Source: Elusimicrobiota bacterium (GTDB lineage Bacteria > Elusimicrobiota > Elusimicrobia > Elusimicrobiales > UBA9959). From it: 17,325 bases of DNA. This document shows, piece by piece, positions 8,443-16,181 of this stretch (its first letter is position 1; every line of letters starts with the position of its first letter). The stretch spans positions 1 to 17,325 of the forward strand of contig JBAXKK010000056.1 of assembly GCA_037137395.1 (NCBI GenBank), written 5' to 3'. The notes under the pieces were generated by a model. That model saw only the letters and a list, made by a program, of their open reading frames with translations. It ran no database searches and had not been told where the DNA came from. The translations under genes were made by a program, and so were the position numbers.

Positions 8443-9771
8443 ATGGAATTCATAAGTAAATATTTCGGTTTTGAGGAGCGCGGCACAAACTTTAGGACAG
8501 AGTTTAGCGCTGGTTTGACCACTTTCCTCACCATGTCCTATATCATCTTTGTGCAGCCCGCCGTGCTGAGCGCGGCCGGGATGGACAAGGGCGCCGTTTT
8601 TACGGCCACCTGCCTGGCCTCGGCGCTGGCCTGCTTTATAATGGGCCTTTACGCCAATTACCCCATAGCCCAGGCCCCGCTGATGGGGGAAAATTTCTTC
8701 TTCACCTACACCGTCGTGCTTGGCATGGGCTACAGCTGGGAAAAGGCCCTTGGCCTGGTGTTTATTTCGGGGCTGGCCTTTCTGGCGCTGACGCTGACTA
8801 GGATGCGCGAGCGCCTTGTGGACGCCGTGCCGGAAAACCTTAAATACGCCATCGCTTCCGGCATAGGGCTGTTCGTCGCGCTCATCGGCTTCAAGGAGGC
8901 GGGGCTTATCATAGCCTCCCCGTCCACGCTGGTTAAGCTGGGGTCGGTGGCTTCGGCGCCGGTGGTTTGCGCCATGTCCGGACTTATAGTTATGACAGCG
9001 CTGTTCGCCCGCAAGGTTAAGGGGGCGGTGCTTATAGGCATTCTGATCTCCGGCGTGGCCGCCTGGGCCGCGGGCCTGACGAGTTTTACCGGAGTGATCA
9101 GCGCGCCGCCCAGCCTGGCGCCCACACTATTCAAGATGGACCTGGCCGGCCTCATGACGCCGGACGCCCTGTCCATCGTCCTGATCTTCCTTTTTATGTC
9201 TCTTTTTGACACGCTGGGCACGCTGCTCGGCGTGGGCGTGCAGGCCGGCCTGCTTAAGAACGGAAAGCTTGAGCGGATCTCAAAGGCGCTGGTATCCGAC
9301 GCCGTGGCTACCACCGCCGGCGCCCTGATGGGCACTTCCACCGTTTCAAGCTACATCGAAAGCGCCACCGGCGTGGCCCAGGGCGGGCGCACCGGGTTCA
9401 CGGCTATAACCGTTGGCGCGCTATTCCTTTTAAGCCTGTTTTTCTCGCCGCTGCTGGGCTCGATAAACGCCGCCATGCCGCTGGCGGACGGCACTTTCAT
9501 CCACCCGGTCACCGCCCCGGCTCTGATACTGGTGGGCGCGCTGATGATGAGTTCTGTCTGCCATATAAACTGGAGCGACATGAGCGCCGGCATTCCAGCC
9601 TTTATCACTATGGCGCTTATTCCGTTTACTTTTAATATCGCCGACGGCATAGCCTTCGGCTTCATCTCTTTTGTGGCAATAAAGACTTTTTCGGGGAAAA
9701 GCCGGGACATACCGCCGCTGCTATGGGTAATCTCCACGCTGCTGGCCCTGAGATACGCATTCCTAAAGTAG
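8443..9771 (+). CDS. NCS2/AzgA-family purine (guanine/hypoxanthine/adenine) permease
   Basis: TEFSAGLTTFLTMSYIIFVQP, ANYPIAQAP.MG.N.FF, FDTLGTL, YIESATGVAQGGRTG and PFTFNIADG motifs. Confidence 0.92.
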   Translation: MEFISKYFGFEERGTNFRTEFSAGLTTFLTMSYIIFVQPAVLSAAGMDKGAVFTATCLASALACFIMGLYANYPIAQAPLMGENFFFTYTVVLGMGYSWEKALGLVFISGLAFLALTLTRMRERLVDAVPENLKYAIASGIGLFVALIGFKEAGLIIASPSTLVKLGSVASAPVVCAMSGLIVMTALFARKVKGAVLIGILISGVAAWAAGLTSFTGVISAPPSLAPTLFKMDLAGLMTPDALSIVLIFLFMSLFDTLGTLLGVGVQAGLLKNGKLERISKALVSDAVATTAGALMGTSTVSSYIESATGVAQGGRTGFTAITVGALFLLSLFFSPLLGSINAAMPLADGTFIHPVTAPALILVGALMMSSVCHINWSDMSAGIPAFITMALIPFTFNIADGIAFGFISFVAIKTFSGKSRDIPPLLWVISTLLALRYAFLK

Positions 9772-9821
9772 CGGTTTTTATATATCCTGAAATCACTTAT
9801 ATAATTGCACTACCTGGGTAA

Positions 9822-9996
9822 CGGCAGGCCTGTAAGTCCGCGGGGCTGGCCGGGGGGTCGGGTTCCAAAAACCAGGGTCGGGACACACCGTGCCCGCCCT
9901 TCCGTTCCTCGGCCTCGTCGCTTACGCAAGCCTCGGCCTCCGGACGGTTTTTTCCACCCAATCCCCCGTCCTCCCGCTCCGTTGATTTGCCTGCCG
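9822..9996 (-). ncRNA. Candidate structured RNA or repeat element, copy A (homologous to 11418-11589)
   Basis: Closed by an 8-bp inverted repeat CGGCAGGC/GCCTGCCG. Its reverse complement aligns with 11418-11589 over most of its length; 9884-9904 matches 11524-11544 at 20/21. Strand inferred from G-U pairs and uncertain. Confidence 0.5.
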
Positions 9997-10175
9997 ACTC
10001 TTGATATCATAATGTACAAGCACAGAAGACTTGCGGCATAAGCACGGGGAACATCAGGTTATCATGTTTGGGCAATTCTGTAGCGGTTTTTTATGGCGTG
10101 TTTTTTGTATGATACTTTTGAATAGAATGAAACCGGATTTTTGGAGTGGTGGTAATTTTAAGCGCGGAGGGGAAT

Positions 10176-10706
10176 ATGAAAATTGGTCAAAAAATGGAAG
10201 ATGCTTTAAACAGCCAGATAAACGCTGAAATTTATTCAGCTTATCTCTATCTCGGCATGTCGGCACGGTGCACGGAGCTGAATCTTAAAGGTATAGCGCA
10301 CTGGTTTTATGTTCAGGCACAGGAAGAAATGACGCACGCTATGAAGTTCTACCGGTTCGTCCTTGAAAGGAGCGGGCGCGCGAAGCTGCCGGCTATTGAG
10401 GGGGTGCGCTGCGACTGGAAAAATCCGCTTGAGATGTTTGAGGCGGCCTACGCGCACGAGCAGAAAGTGACCGGATTGATAAACACCCTCATGGATACCG
10501 CTAACGCGGAACGCGACCACGCCTGCGCCAGCATGCTTAACTGGTTTATAGACGAGCAGGTGGAGGAAGAAGCCAACGCTTCCGAAATTTCAGATAAGCT
10601 GCGGCTTATAGGGGAATCAAAAGAGGCGCTTTTTATGATAGATAAAGAGCTTTCCCTGCGGGTGTTCGTGGACAGGACCCAGCCCGCCGGAGCCGCGCAG
10701 CCCTAA
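10176..10706 (+). CDS. ftn: Non-heme ferritin
   Basis: ALNSQINAEIYSAYLYLGMS, QAQEEMTHAMKF, HEQKVT and WFIDEQVEEE ferroxidase motifs; GGAGG RBS before ATG 10176. Confidence 0.95.
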   Translation: MKIGQKMEDALNSQINAEIYSAYLYLGMSARCTELNLKGIAHWFYVQAQEEMTHAMKFYRFVLERSGRAKLPAIEGVRCDWKNPLEMFEAAYAHEQKVTGLINTLMDTANAERDHACASMLNWFIDEQVEEEANASEISDKLRLIGESKEALFMIDKELSLRVFVDRTQPAGAAQP

Positions 10707-10834
10707 AAAATAAGGTTCGCGGGGCCTGTCGGAGGAAAGGATTTGGGTTTATTTTCACCCTGACTTTTATCAAATTATCACATAGAAAACCTAGGAAGCG
10801 CAGCGAGTTTAGGGGCGGGGGGAATGAAAATAGT

Positions 10835-10840
10835 TATAAT
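10835..10840 (+). promoter_or_regulatory. -10 box upstream of the receiver gene leader
   Basis: Exact TATAAT about 120 nt upstream of the CDS; no clear -35. Confidence 0.35.
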
Positions 10841-10962
10841 ACACAGGACTACCGGGGTGTAAACCAGTAGCATCCGAAGTTGCGGGGTATTTTACGCAGC
10901 GGCCGGATATGCTGGTTGTCGGTCATTTTTCATAACGGGGTAAAACAGGGGGGATGCTGACA

Positions 10963-11349
10963 ATGGCAAAAAAGATACTGGTGATCGACGACGAGCCGGC
11001 TCTGCTGTTCCTGGTATCGCACGGCTTGAGGAAAAAGGGTTACGAGGTGTTCAGCGGACGCGATGGCCGCGAGGCCCTGGATCTTGCGGCCCGGCTGATG
11101 CCTGATCTGGTAATCCTTGATCTGGGCCTTCCCCTGATGAACGGCGACGAGGTTACGCAGATATTAAAAAAAGACGAAAAACTGAAACACATCCCGGTGT
11201 TTTTGATCTCCTCTATAACCGAAGGCCTGAGTGAAAAACACGCGGCCTGCGGCGCGGACGCCTATCTGCCCAAACCTTTTTGTTTTGATGAATTGGAAAG
11301 CATGATAAATAAATATTTGTCGCCCTCCCAGCCGCCTGCCGCGCCCTAA
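10963..11349 (+). CDS. Stand-alone response regulator receiver (CheY-like) protein
   Basis: KILVIDDE, PDLVILDLGLP.MNG (phosphoacceptor Asp), ISS and KPF; no output domain. Alternative start at 10954. Confidence 0.9.
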   Translation: MAKKILVIDDEPALLFLVSHGLRKKGYEVFSGRDGREALDLAARLMPDLVILDLGLPLMNGDEVTQILKKDEKLKHIPVFLISSITEGLSEKHAACGADAYLPKPFCFDELESMINKYLSPSQPPAAP

Positions 11350-11395
11350 AAAACATTCCTCCATTTTCATTACACCCCAAAATCCTCCACTAAGG

Positions 11396-11418
11396 TAAGT
11401 GTTAAACTAAAACACTTA
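11396..11418 (+). promoter_or_regulatory. Extended -10-like motif inside an 8-bp inverted repeat (possible promoter/operator for element B)
   Basis: TAAGTGTT-N7-AACACTTA inverted repeat containing TG-T-TAAACT (11400-11408). Confidence 0.35.
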
Positions 11419-11589
11419 TCAGTGGAGCTGGCGCCGGGGGATCTGGGTTAGCGAAACCGTACCGGAAGGAGCCGCTTGCGTAGCGCGGCGACTGGGTGGA
11501 GCCCGGCGACACTGGGCCCGATCCGGAAGCGCGGGCACGGTGTGCTCGACGCTGATTTCGCGTTCCAGTCCCCCGGCAGCCCTGCGAAC
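11418..11589 (+). ncRNA. Candidate structured RNA or repeat element, copy B (homologous to 9822-9996)
   Basis: Outer stem GCCGGGGGA (11433-11441)/TCCCCCGGC (11569-11577); CTGG/CCAG; GCGAAA/TTTCGC; internal hairpins GCCGC..GCGGC, GCCCGG..CTGGGC and CGGGCAC..GTGCTCG. Confidence 0.5.
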
Positions 11590-11652
11590 CCAAAAACTAC
11601 AATTAAAGAGGATTTGGACTAGCCGATTCACAGGCGGGCGGGGCGGGGAAAC

Positions 11653-11661
11653 TGATATAAT
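11653..11661 (+). promoter_or_regulatory. Extended -10 promoter element for surE
   Basis: TGATATAAT is an exact TGnTATAAT, ending 46 nt upstream of the surE ATG. Confidence 0.5.
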
Positions 11662-11707
11662 TTTATCGATTCAGGAAAACAGCCGGGAGACAAGAGATTT
11701 AAACCCT

Positions 11708-12460
11708 ATGGAAATACTCATAACAAACGACGACGGCATTTACGCCGAGGGCATCTTCGCCCTGGCGACAGCTCTTAAAAAAGTTGGCAATATAACGGTG
11801 GTCGCGCCTGACACGCAGCGCAGCGCCGTGGGACACGCCATAACCATAGCGGATCCGCTCAGGGTAGTTCCGGCAAACCGCAACGGAAAATTTTTCGGCT
11901 ACGCGGCCAGCGGCACCCCGGCGGACTGCGTAAAACTTGGCATAAAATCCATAATGAAGAAAAAGCCAGACCTTGTGGTGTCCGGCATAAACCTGGGGGG
12001 GAACCAGGGCTACAATATCCTTTATTCCGGCACGGTTTCAGGTGCCACCGAAGGGGCGCTGCTCGGCATCCCCTCGCTGGCGATCTCGCTGGACACTTTC
12101 ACCAAGCCCGATTTCAGCGCCTCGGCCGCATTCGCCGTAAAAATCGCCGGGCTGCTGAAAAAGCGCAAATTACCTCCCGGCACGCTGCTGAATGTAAACC
12201 TGCCCAATATCCCGTCTTCACGGATAAAAGGCGTGCGCGTGACCAACCAGAGCCGCACCTCTTTCAACGACTGGTTTGACAAGCGCCGCGACCCGCACGG
12301 CAACACCTATTACTGGATGACCGGGGATTTTAAGCCTAAGGATACGGACCGGGCCAGCGACCTGAACGCCTTGCGCGCCCGCTATATTTCCGTCACACCC
12401 ATACAATTTGATCTGACCGACTATAAGTTCATACCGGAACTTGAAAACTGGCCGTTTTGA
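11708..12460 (+). CDS. surE: 5'/3'-nucleotidase SurE
   Basis: ILITNDDGIYAEG, VVAPD..RSAVG, GTPADCV, PDLVVSGIN.G.N.G and YSGTV motifs; the real start is M at 11708 within the longer ORF. Confidence 0.96.
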   Translation: MEILITNDDGIYAEGIFALATALKKVGNITVVAPDTQRSAVGHAITIADPLRVVPANRNGKFFGYAASGTPADCVKLGIKSIMKKKPDLVVSGINLGGNQGYNILYSGTVSGATEGALLGIPSLAISLDTFTKPDFSASAAFAVKIAGLLKKRKLPPGTLLNVNLPNIPSSRIKGVRVTNQSRTSFNDWFDKRRDPHGNTYYWMTGDFKPKDTDRASDLNALRARYISVTPIQFDLTDYKFIPELENWPF

Positions 12461-12471
12461 CGGGAATATAG

Positions 12472-12502
12472 CCCGCCCTTTCGGCAGCGCTTTTTGGGCG
12501 GG
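12472..12502 (+). terminator. GC-rich hairpin after surE (possible terminator or stability hairpin)
   Basis: CCCGCCC...GGGCGGG inverted repeat with a 17-nt loop; no U-tract follows. Confidence 0.3.
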
Positions 12503-12526
12503 ACGCGTATTGAAAATTCTACAACA

Positions 12527-13207
12527 ATGACGAAAAAAACAATTTTGGCTATTTTTACGGCACTTTTATTTTCAGCGGCCGCTGCCAGCGCCGCCGAAGC
12601 CGACCGCCCTGATGAAACCCCGTCTAAAATAGCCGAAGGTATAATAGCGCCGCCGCAGGTCTCCACAGCGACTGTACGGACTATGCCGCGCTACACGCAG
12701 GAAATACAAAGCGCTCTTAAACATCTTTCAGCCCTGCTCAGTAAAAACCCGGGCGTGGATCAGACGGAACTGGACGGCGTGGCCGGGGAAATAGTCAAAT
12801 TAGACGACAGAGTGAAGAATTTACTCGGTCCAGACCTGATCAGAGAAGCGGAGGCCCAACAAAAGGAACTAATGGGCAAAGCCCGGATCGTCAGAGCCAA
12901 AGAAGAGCTGGCCGAAACGCGCGAAGCTCTGATGTTATATTACGCAGATCTTGAAGGGCGGTACCCGGCGACACCGGCCGAGCTTATCCCTAAATATATG
13001 CCGACAGCTCCGGAACTTGAATTGCCGGACCACGCCAAAACCGCAGCCGTAGAATTAACGGACTCCACCGGAGCCGACATCGCGGACGCGGTCACCGATA
13101 CCGGAGGCTGGCTTTATTTTGCCAATCCAAAATCACAGAACTTCGGGATGCTGACCCTGAACTGCACGCACAAAGACGGCAAAGGGGTAGAACTGCATAA
13201 ATATTAA
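12527..13207 (+). CDS. Secreted protein with C-terminal type IV pilin/GspG-like globular segment
   Basis: Sec-type signal peptide MTKKTILAIF...ASA; C-terminal L...R.AL.LYY.D.EGRYP.T...L.PKY, DTGGWLY and NCTHKD segments resemble pseudopilin bodies (recollection). No G-FTLIE prepilin motif. Confidence 0.55.
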   Translation: MTKKTILAIFTALLFSAAAASAAEADRPDETPSKIAEGIIAPPQVSTATVRTMPRYTQEIQSALKHLSALLSKNPGVDQTELDGVAGEIVKLDDRVKNLLGPDLIREAEAQQKELMGKARIVRAKEELAETREALMLYYADLEGRYPATPAELIPKYMPTAPELELPDHAKTAAVELTDSTGADIADAVTDTGGWLYFANPKSQNFGMLTLNCTHKDGKGVELHKY

Positions 13208-13221
13208 AAACCGTTCTGAGC

Positions 13222-13353
13222 AAGTCGTCTTTCCGGCTCCGTCTCACCGGCGAAAGCCGGTGCCCAGATTATGCAGAACACTGGACCCCGGCTTTCGCCG
13301 GGGAGACATCAAAGGATCATCAGAACGATAAAAATGTCTCGACTAGACCTCCG
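13222..13353 (+). repeat. CGTC-tagged REP-like composite palindromic element, copy 2
   Basis: CGTCTCACCGGCGAAAGCCGGTGCCCAG ... CTGGACCCCGGCTTTCGCCGGGGAGAC, with the same head and tail as copy 1; also enclosed by CGTTCTGA (13212-13219)/TCAGAACG (13320-13327). Confidence 0.8.
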
Positions 13354-13406
13354 ACTTGCGTGAACTTTTGGGTGAGAAGCGAATTATAAATAACAGGTGA
13401 AAAGAA

Positions 13407-15347
13407 ATGATAAAAGAAGAAATTATCTCCGGAATAATTGAGAAACTCATAAAAAAATATCCGTCCGAAGCCGGACGCATAGCTCCCTGCGTGCGCCAGA
13501 CTGCCAGGCTCTGGGAAAAGAAGGACGGCACAGGTCGGGAATTCCGGGATTTCTGTTTAAACTATTTCCTGACCGGCGGACAGCTTGAAACGCTTTTCAG
13601 CCGTTTCGAGCAGAAGCTTGAATACACCAACGGCCATTTCACCGCGCTCACGCTCAAGCTCAGACTAGAGATGGACACTGACACCGGTCCGCTGCACCCC
13701 GCAGACCAACTGTTCGCCTCCTACTCGCCCGCCTCGCATTTCACGGAGGACATGTTTAAGGTAAAGCTGGCTTTCCTGACGCTTCTCAACTTTCCGGCGC
13801 GCTCGCTGGCCGATTGCCTGCGCGACGGCGAAGGCTGGTCCAGAGAAGAGTGGGCCAAAGCCCGTCTGGCCCGGCGTTTCGCCTATCGCGTGCCGGCGGA
13901 AATAAATCAGCTTCTTATAACAGCCTATGCCGAAGCCGAAAGCTACATTAACAGTTATAACATCAACATGGAGCGCGTCACCGACGAGAAAGGAGACCGC
14001 GTCTTCCCCAAGGGCCTACGGCTTATCTCGCACTGGGGACTGCGTGACCACCTGAAATCCCTTTACGCCGAATCTGATGGCCTGAAAAAACAGCGCATCA
14101 TCCTCAGTCTGATGGAACGCGTTATAGCGTCAGAGATCCCGGCCAAGGCCGTAAACAGCGAGCGCGGCCTTTATAACCCTCTGCTTAACACGCTGGACAA
14201 TAAGCCCGCCGTGCGCGAGCCAGACACGCGCTACCAGCGCTTTTTGGATATCTTCAGGGCCCATCTTGAAGAGGATAAGTATTACCCGCTGGAGCCCACG
14301 CATATCCTGCGCAAATTCAACCTCGTCCGCGAGATACCGGAGGGCGAGGTGGAGGCCATGTTCGTCAGCCTGCTTGAAGCGCCCGAGGGCCGCGCCGTAG
14401 CCGACCTGATAAAGAAGAAATTAGGCCGGGAGCTGGAGCCCTTCGACATCTGGTATCCCGGCTTTAAAGGCCGGGCCGATATCCGGGAAAGCGAACTTGA
14501 CCGGGCGGTTACCGACAGATATAAATCCCCGGCCGACTTTGAAAAGGATATAGCCAATATTCTGGTGAAGCTGGGCTTCGTCCGCGAAACCGCGGAGTTC
14601 GTGGCCGCGCGCGTGCAAATAGACGCGGCCAGAGGGGCCGGGCACGCCTGGGGCCCCGGCATGCGCACCGAAAAGGCCCGCCTGCGCACCCGCGTACCTT
14701 CGGGCGGCATGAACTACCAGGGCTTTAACACCGCCATGCACGAACTGGGCCACTGCACCGAGCAGATCTTTTCAATGTATAAGGTGGACCACACCCTGCT
14801 TGAAGGCGTTCCCAACACGGCTTTCACCGAGGGCTTCGCCTTCGTCTTTCAGGACCGCGACATGGAGGTTCTGGGGCTGCATAAGCCGGATAAAAATTCC
14901 GAAGCATTAAAAGCGCTGGATAGCTTCTGGTCGGCGCGCGAGATAGCCGGCGTGGCGCTTGTGGATATGAATGTGTGGCGGTGGCTCTATCAGAACAAGG
15001 ACGCCACCGCCGAAGACCTGCGCCAGGCCGTAGGCGTGATAGCCCGTGGGATCTGGGACAAATATTACGCGCCACTTTTCGGCGTTAAGGACAGCCCTCT
15101 GCTGGCGATATACTCGCACATGATAAACTACGGGATGTACCTGCCGGACTATCCGCTGGGGCATATTATCGCCTTCCAGATAGAGGAATACTTTAAGACG
15201 CACAAACTAGGCGATGAAATGGAGCGGATGTGCCGCCTGGGCTCAATAACGCCAAGGGACTGGATGCGCCAAGCCGTGGGAGCCGAAATATCGCCCGCGC
15301 CGATGATATCAGCAGCAGCCGAAGCCGTAAGAAGCTATAAGCCGTAA
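13407..15347 (+). CDS. Putative zinc metallopeptidase, gluzincin (M2/M3-like)
   Basis: AMHELGH (HExxH at nt 14739-14753), a downstream Glu in TAFTEGFA, and a C-terminal H...Y..Y..DY.LG segment; no signal peptide. Confidence 0.65.
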   Translation: MIKEEIISGIIEKLIKKYPSEAGRIAPCVRQTARLWEKKDGTGREFRDFCLNYFLTGGQLETLFSRFEQKLEYTNGHFTALTLKLRLEMDTDTGPLHPADQLFASYSPASHFTEDMFKVKLAFLTLLNFPARSLADCLRDGEGWSREEWAKARLARRFAYRVPAEINQLLITAYAEAESYINSYNINMERVTDEKGDRVFPKGLRLISHWGLRDHLKSLYAESDGLKKQRIILSLMERVIASEIPAKAVNSERGLYNPLLNTLDNKPAVREPDTRYQRFLDIFRAHLEEDKYYPLEPTHILRKFNLVREIPEGEVEAMFVSLLEAPEGRAVADLIKKKLGRELEPFDIWYPGFKGRADIRESELDRAVTDRYKSPADFEKDIANILVKLGFVRETAEFVAARVQIDAARGAGHAWGPGMRTEKARLRTRVPSGGMNYQGFNTAMHELGHCTEQIFSMYKVDHTLLEGVPNTAFTEGFAFVFQDRDMEVLGLHKPDKNSEALKALDSFWSAREIAGVALVDMNVWRWLYQNKDATAEDLRQAVGVIARGIWDKYYAPLFGVKDSPLLAIYSHMINYGMYLPDYPLGHIIAFQIEEYFKTHKLGDEMERMCRLGSITPRDWMRQAVGAEISPAPMISAAAEAVRSYKP

Positions 15348-15446
15348 GCGATAAAGCCATAAGCTTTAGGCTTTAGGCTTTAGGCTTTAGGCTTTAGGCT
15401 TTAGGCTTTAGGCTTTAGGCTTTAGGCTATAAGCCATAGGCCGTAA
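15324..15446 (+). repeat. Heptamer tandem repeat (GCTTTAG)x9 with degenerate GCYNTAR flanks
   Basis: Nine perfect units at 15363-15425, flanked by GCCGTAA, GCTATAA, GCCATAA and GCCATAG variants; it overlaps the peptidase stop codon. Confidence 0.95.
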
Positions 15447-15472
15447 GCAGAATAAAGATTGATTGCTGTTAC

Positions 15473-15507
15473 GCTTCCCGCTTTACGCTTTACGCTTTAC
15501 GCTTTAC
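15473..15507 (+). repeat. Heptamer tandem repeat GCTTCCC(GCTTTAC)x4
   Basis: Four perfect units at 15480-15507, ending 5 nt before the pcm ATG. Confidence 0.95.
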
Positions 15508-15512
15508 GACTT

Positions 15513-16181
15513 ATGTTTAAAGACATTCTTAATTCAAAGTTCGGCCAATATCAGGCTTTTACCCGCCGCAAGGTGGTGGAAGACCAGCTTATCAGCCGCG
15601 GCATCAAGGACGGCCGGGTGCTGGAGGCTATGGAGAAGGTAAGGCGCCACGCCTTTGTAGACGATTATCTCAGGACCCGCGCCTACGAAGACCAGCCCCT
15701 GCCCATTGCCGAAGGCCAGACCATATCGCAGCCCTACATCGTAGCCCTGATGACCGAACTGCTGGCGCTGAAAGGCGGGGAAAAAGTCCTTGAGATAGGC
15801 ACCGGTTCAGGTTACCAGACGGCCGTCCTGGCAGAACTGGCTAAAGAGATTTATACCGTGGAGTTCTTTCAGTCCCTGGCCGAAAAAGCAAAAACTGTTC
15901 TGGCCGCCGAGAGCTACTCAAACATACTGTTTAAAACCGGTGACGGCGCGGCGGGCTGGCCGGAACGCGCGCCTTACGAAGCCATAATTGTAACCTGCGC
16001 CGCCACCAGCGTGCCGAAGGCCCTTTTTAAACAACTAGCGGACAAAGGCCGGCTGGTAGCGCCGACAGGGTTAGAAGGCGCGCAGCGCCTTATGCTTTAC
16101 ACGAAAGCCGGCGCTGAAATAAAAGAATCATTTATTACCGAGGTGCGTTTTGTGCCGATGCTGACAGATGGGGGATTGTAG
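15513..16181 (+). CDS. pcm: Protein-L-isoaspartate O-methyltransferase
   Basis: QL..RGIKD.RVL.AM.KV.RH.FV, AYED.PLPI..GQTISQPYIVA.M, VLEIGTGSGYQ, GDG..GW...APY and VRFVPM. The upstream ORF extension is only translated repeat. Confidence 0.95.
   Translation: MFKDILNSKFGQYQAFTRRKVVEDQLISRGIKDGRVLEAMEKVRRHAFVDDYLRTRAYEDQPLPIAEGQTISQPYIVALMTELLALKGGEKVLEIGTGSGYQTAVLAELAKEIYTVEFFQSLAEKAKTVLAAESYSNILFKTGDGAAGWPERAPYEAIIVTCAATSVPKALFKQLADKGRLVAPTGLEGAQRLMLYTKAGAEIKESFITEVRFVPMLTDGGL

Noticed and set aside
8730..9737. Antisense ORFs of 203 and 128 aa, and similar minus-strand ORFs across the window
   Set aside because: Shadows of well-supported + strand genes in GC-rich DNA.
9997..10175. Fur box upstream of ferritin
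   Set aside because: AT-rich partial palindromes such as TGATATCA are present, but there is no convincing 19-bp match.
9805..10266. Short ORFs in the permease-ferritin spacer
   Set aside because: They overlap the GC-rich structured element or ferritin, and show no recognisable motifs.
10846..10924. c-di-GMP-I riboswitch
   Set aside because: Only loose similarity to the 3' half; the GGCAAA..GAAA..GCAAA part is missing.
11455..11475. SRP RNA, suggested by CCGGAAGGAG
   Set aside because: The CAGG..CCGGAAGGAAGCAGC helix-8 signature is incomplete and copy A lacks it.
9822..11589. Active composite transposon carrying ferritin and the receiver gene
   Set aside because: The flanking copies are substantially diverged, no transposase is present and I found no target-site duplication.
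11540..11707. 56-aa N-terminal extension of SurE
   Set aside because: It runs through element B and a likely promoter; SurE homology begins at M 11708.
15340..15510. CRISPR array
   Set aside because: Contiguous 7-nt units without unique spacers; no cas genes in the window.
15459..15512. N-terminal extension of Pcm
   Set aside because: It is translated GCTTTAC repeat.
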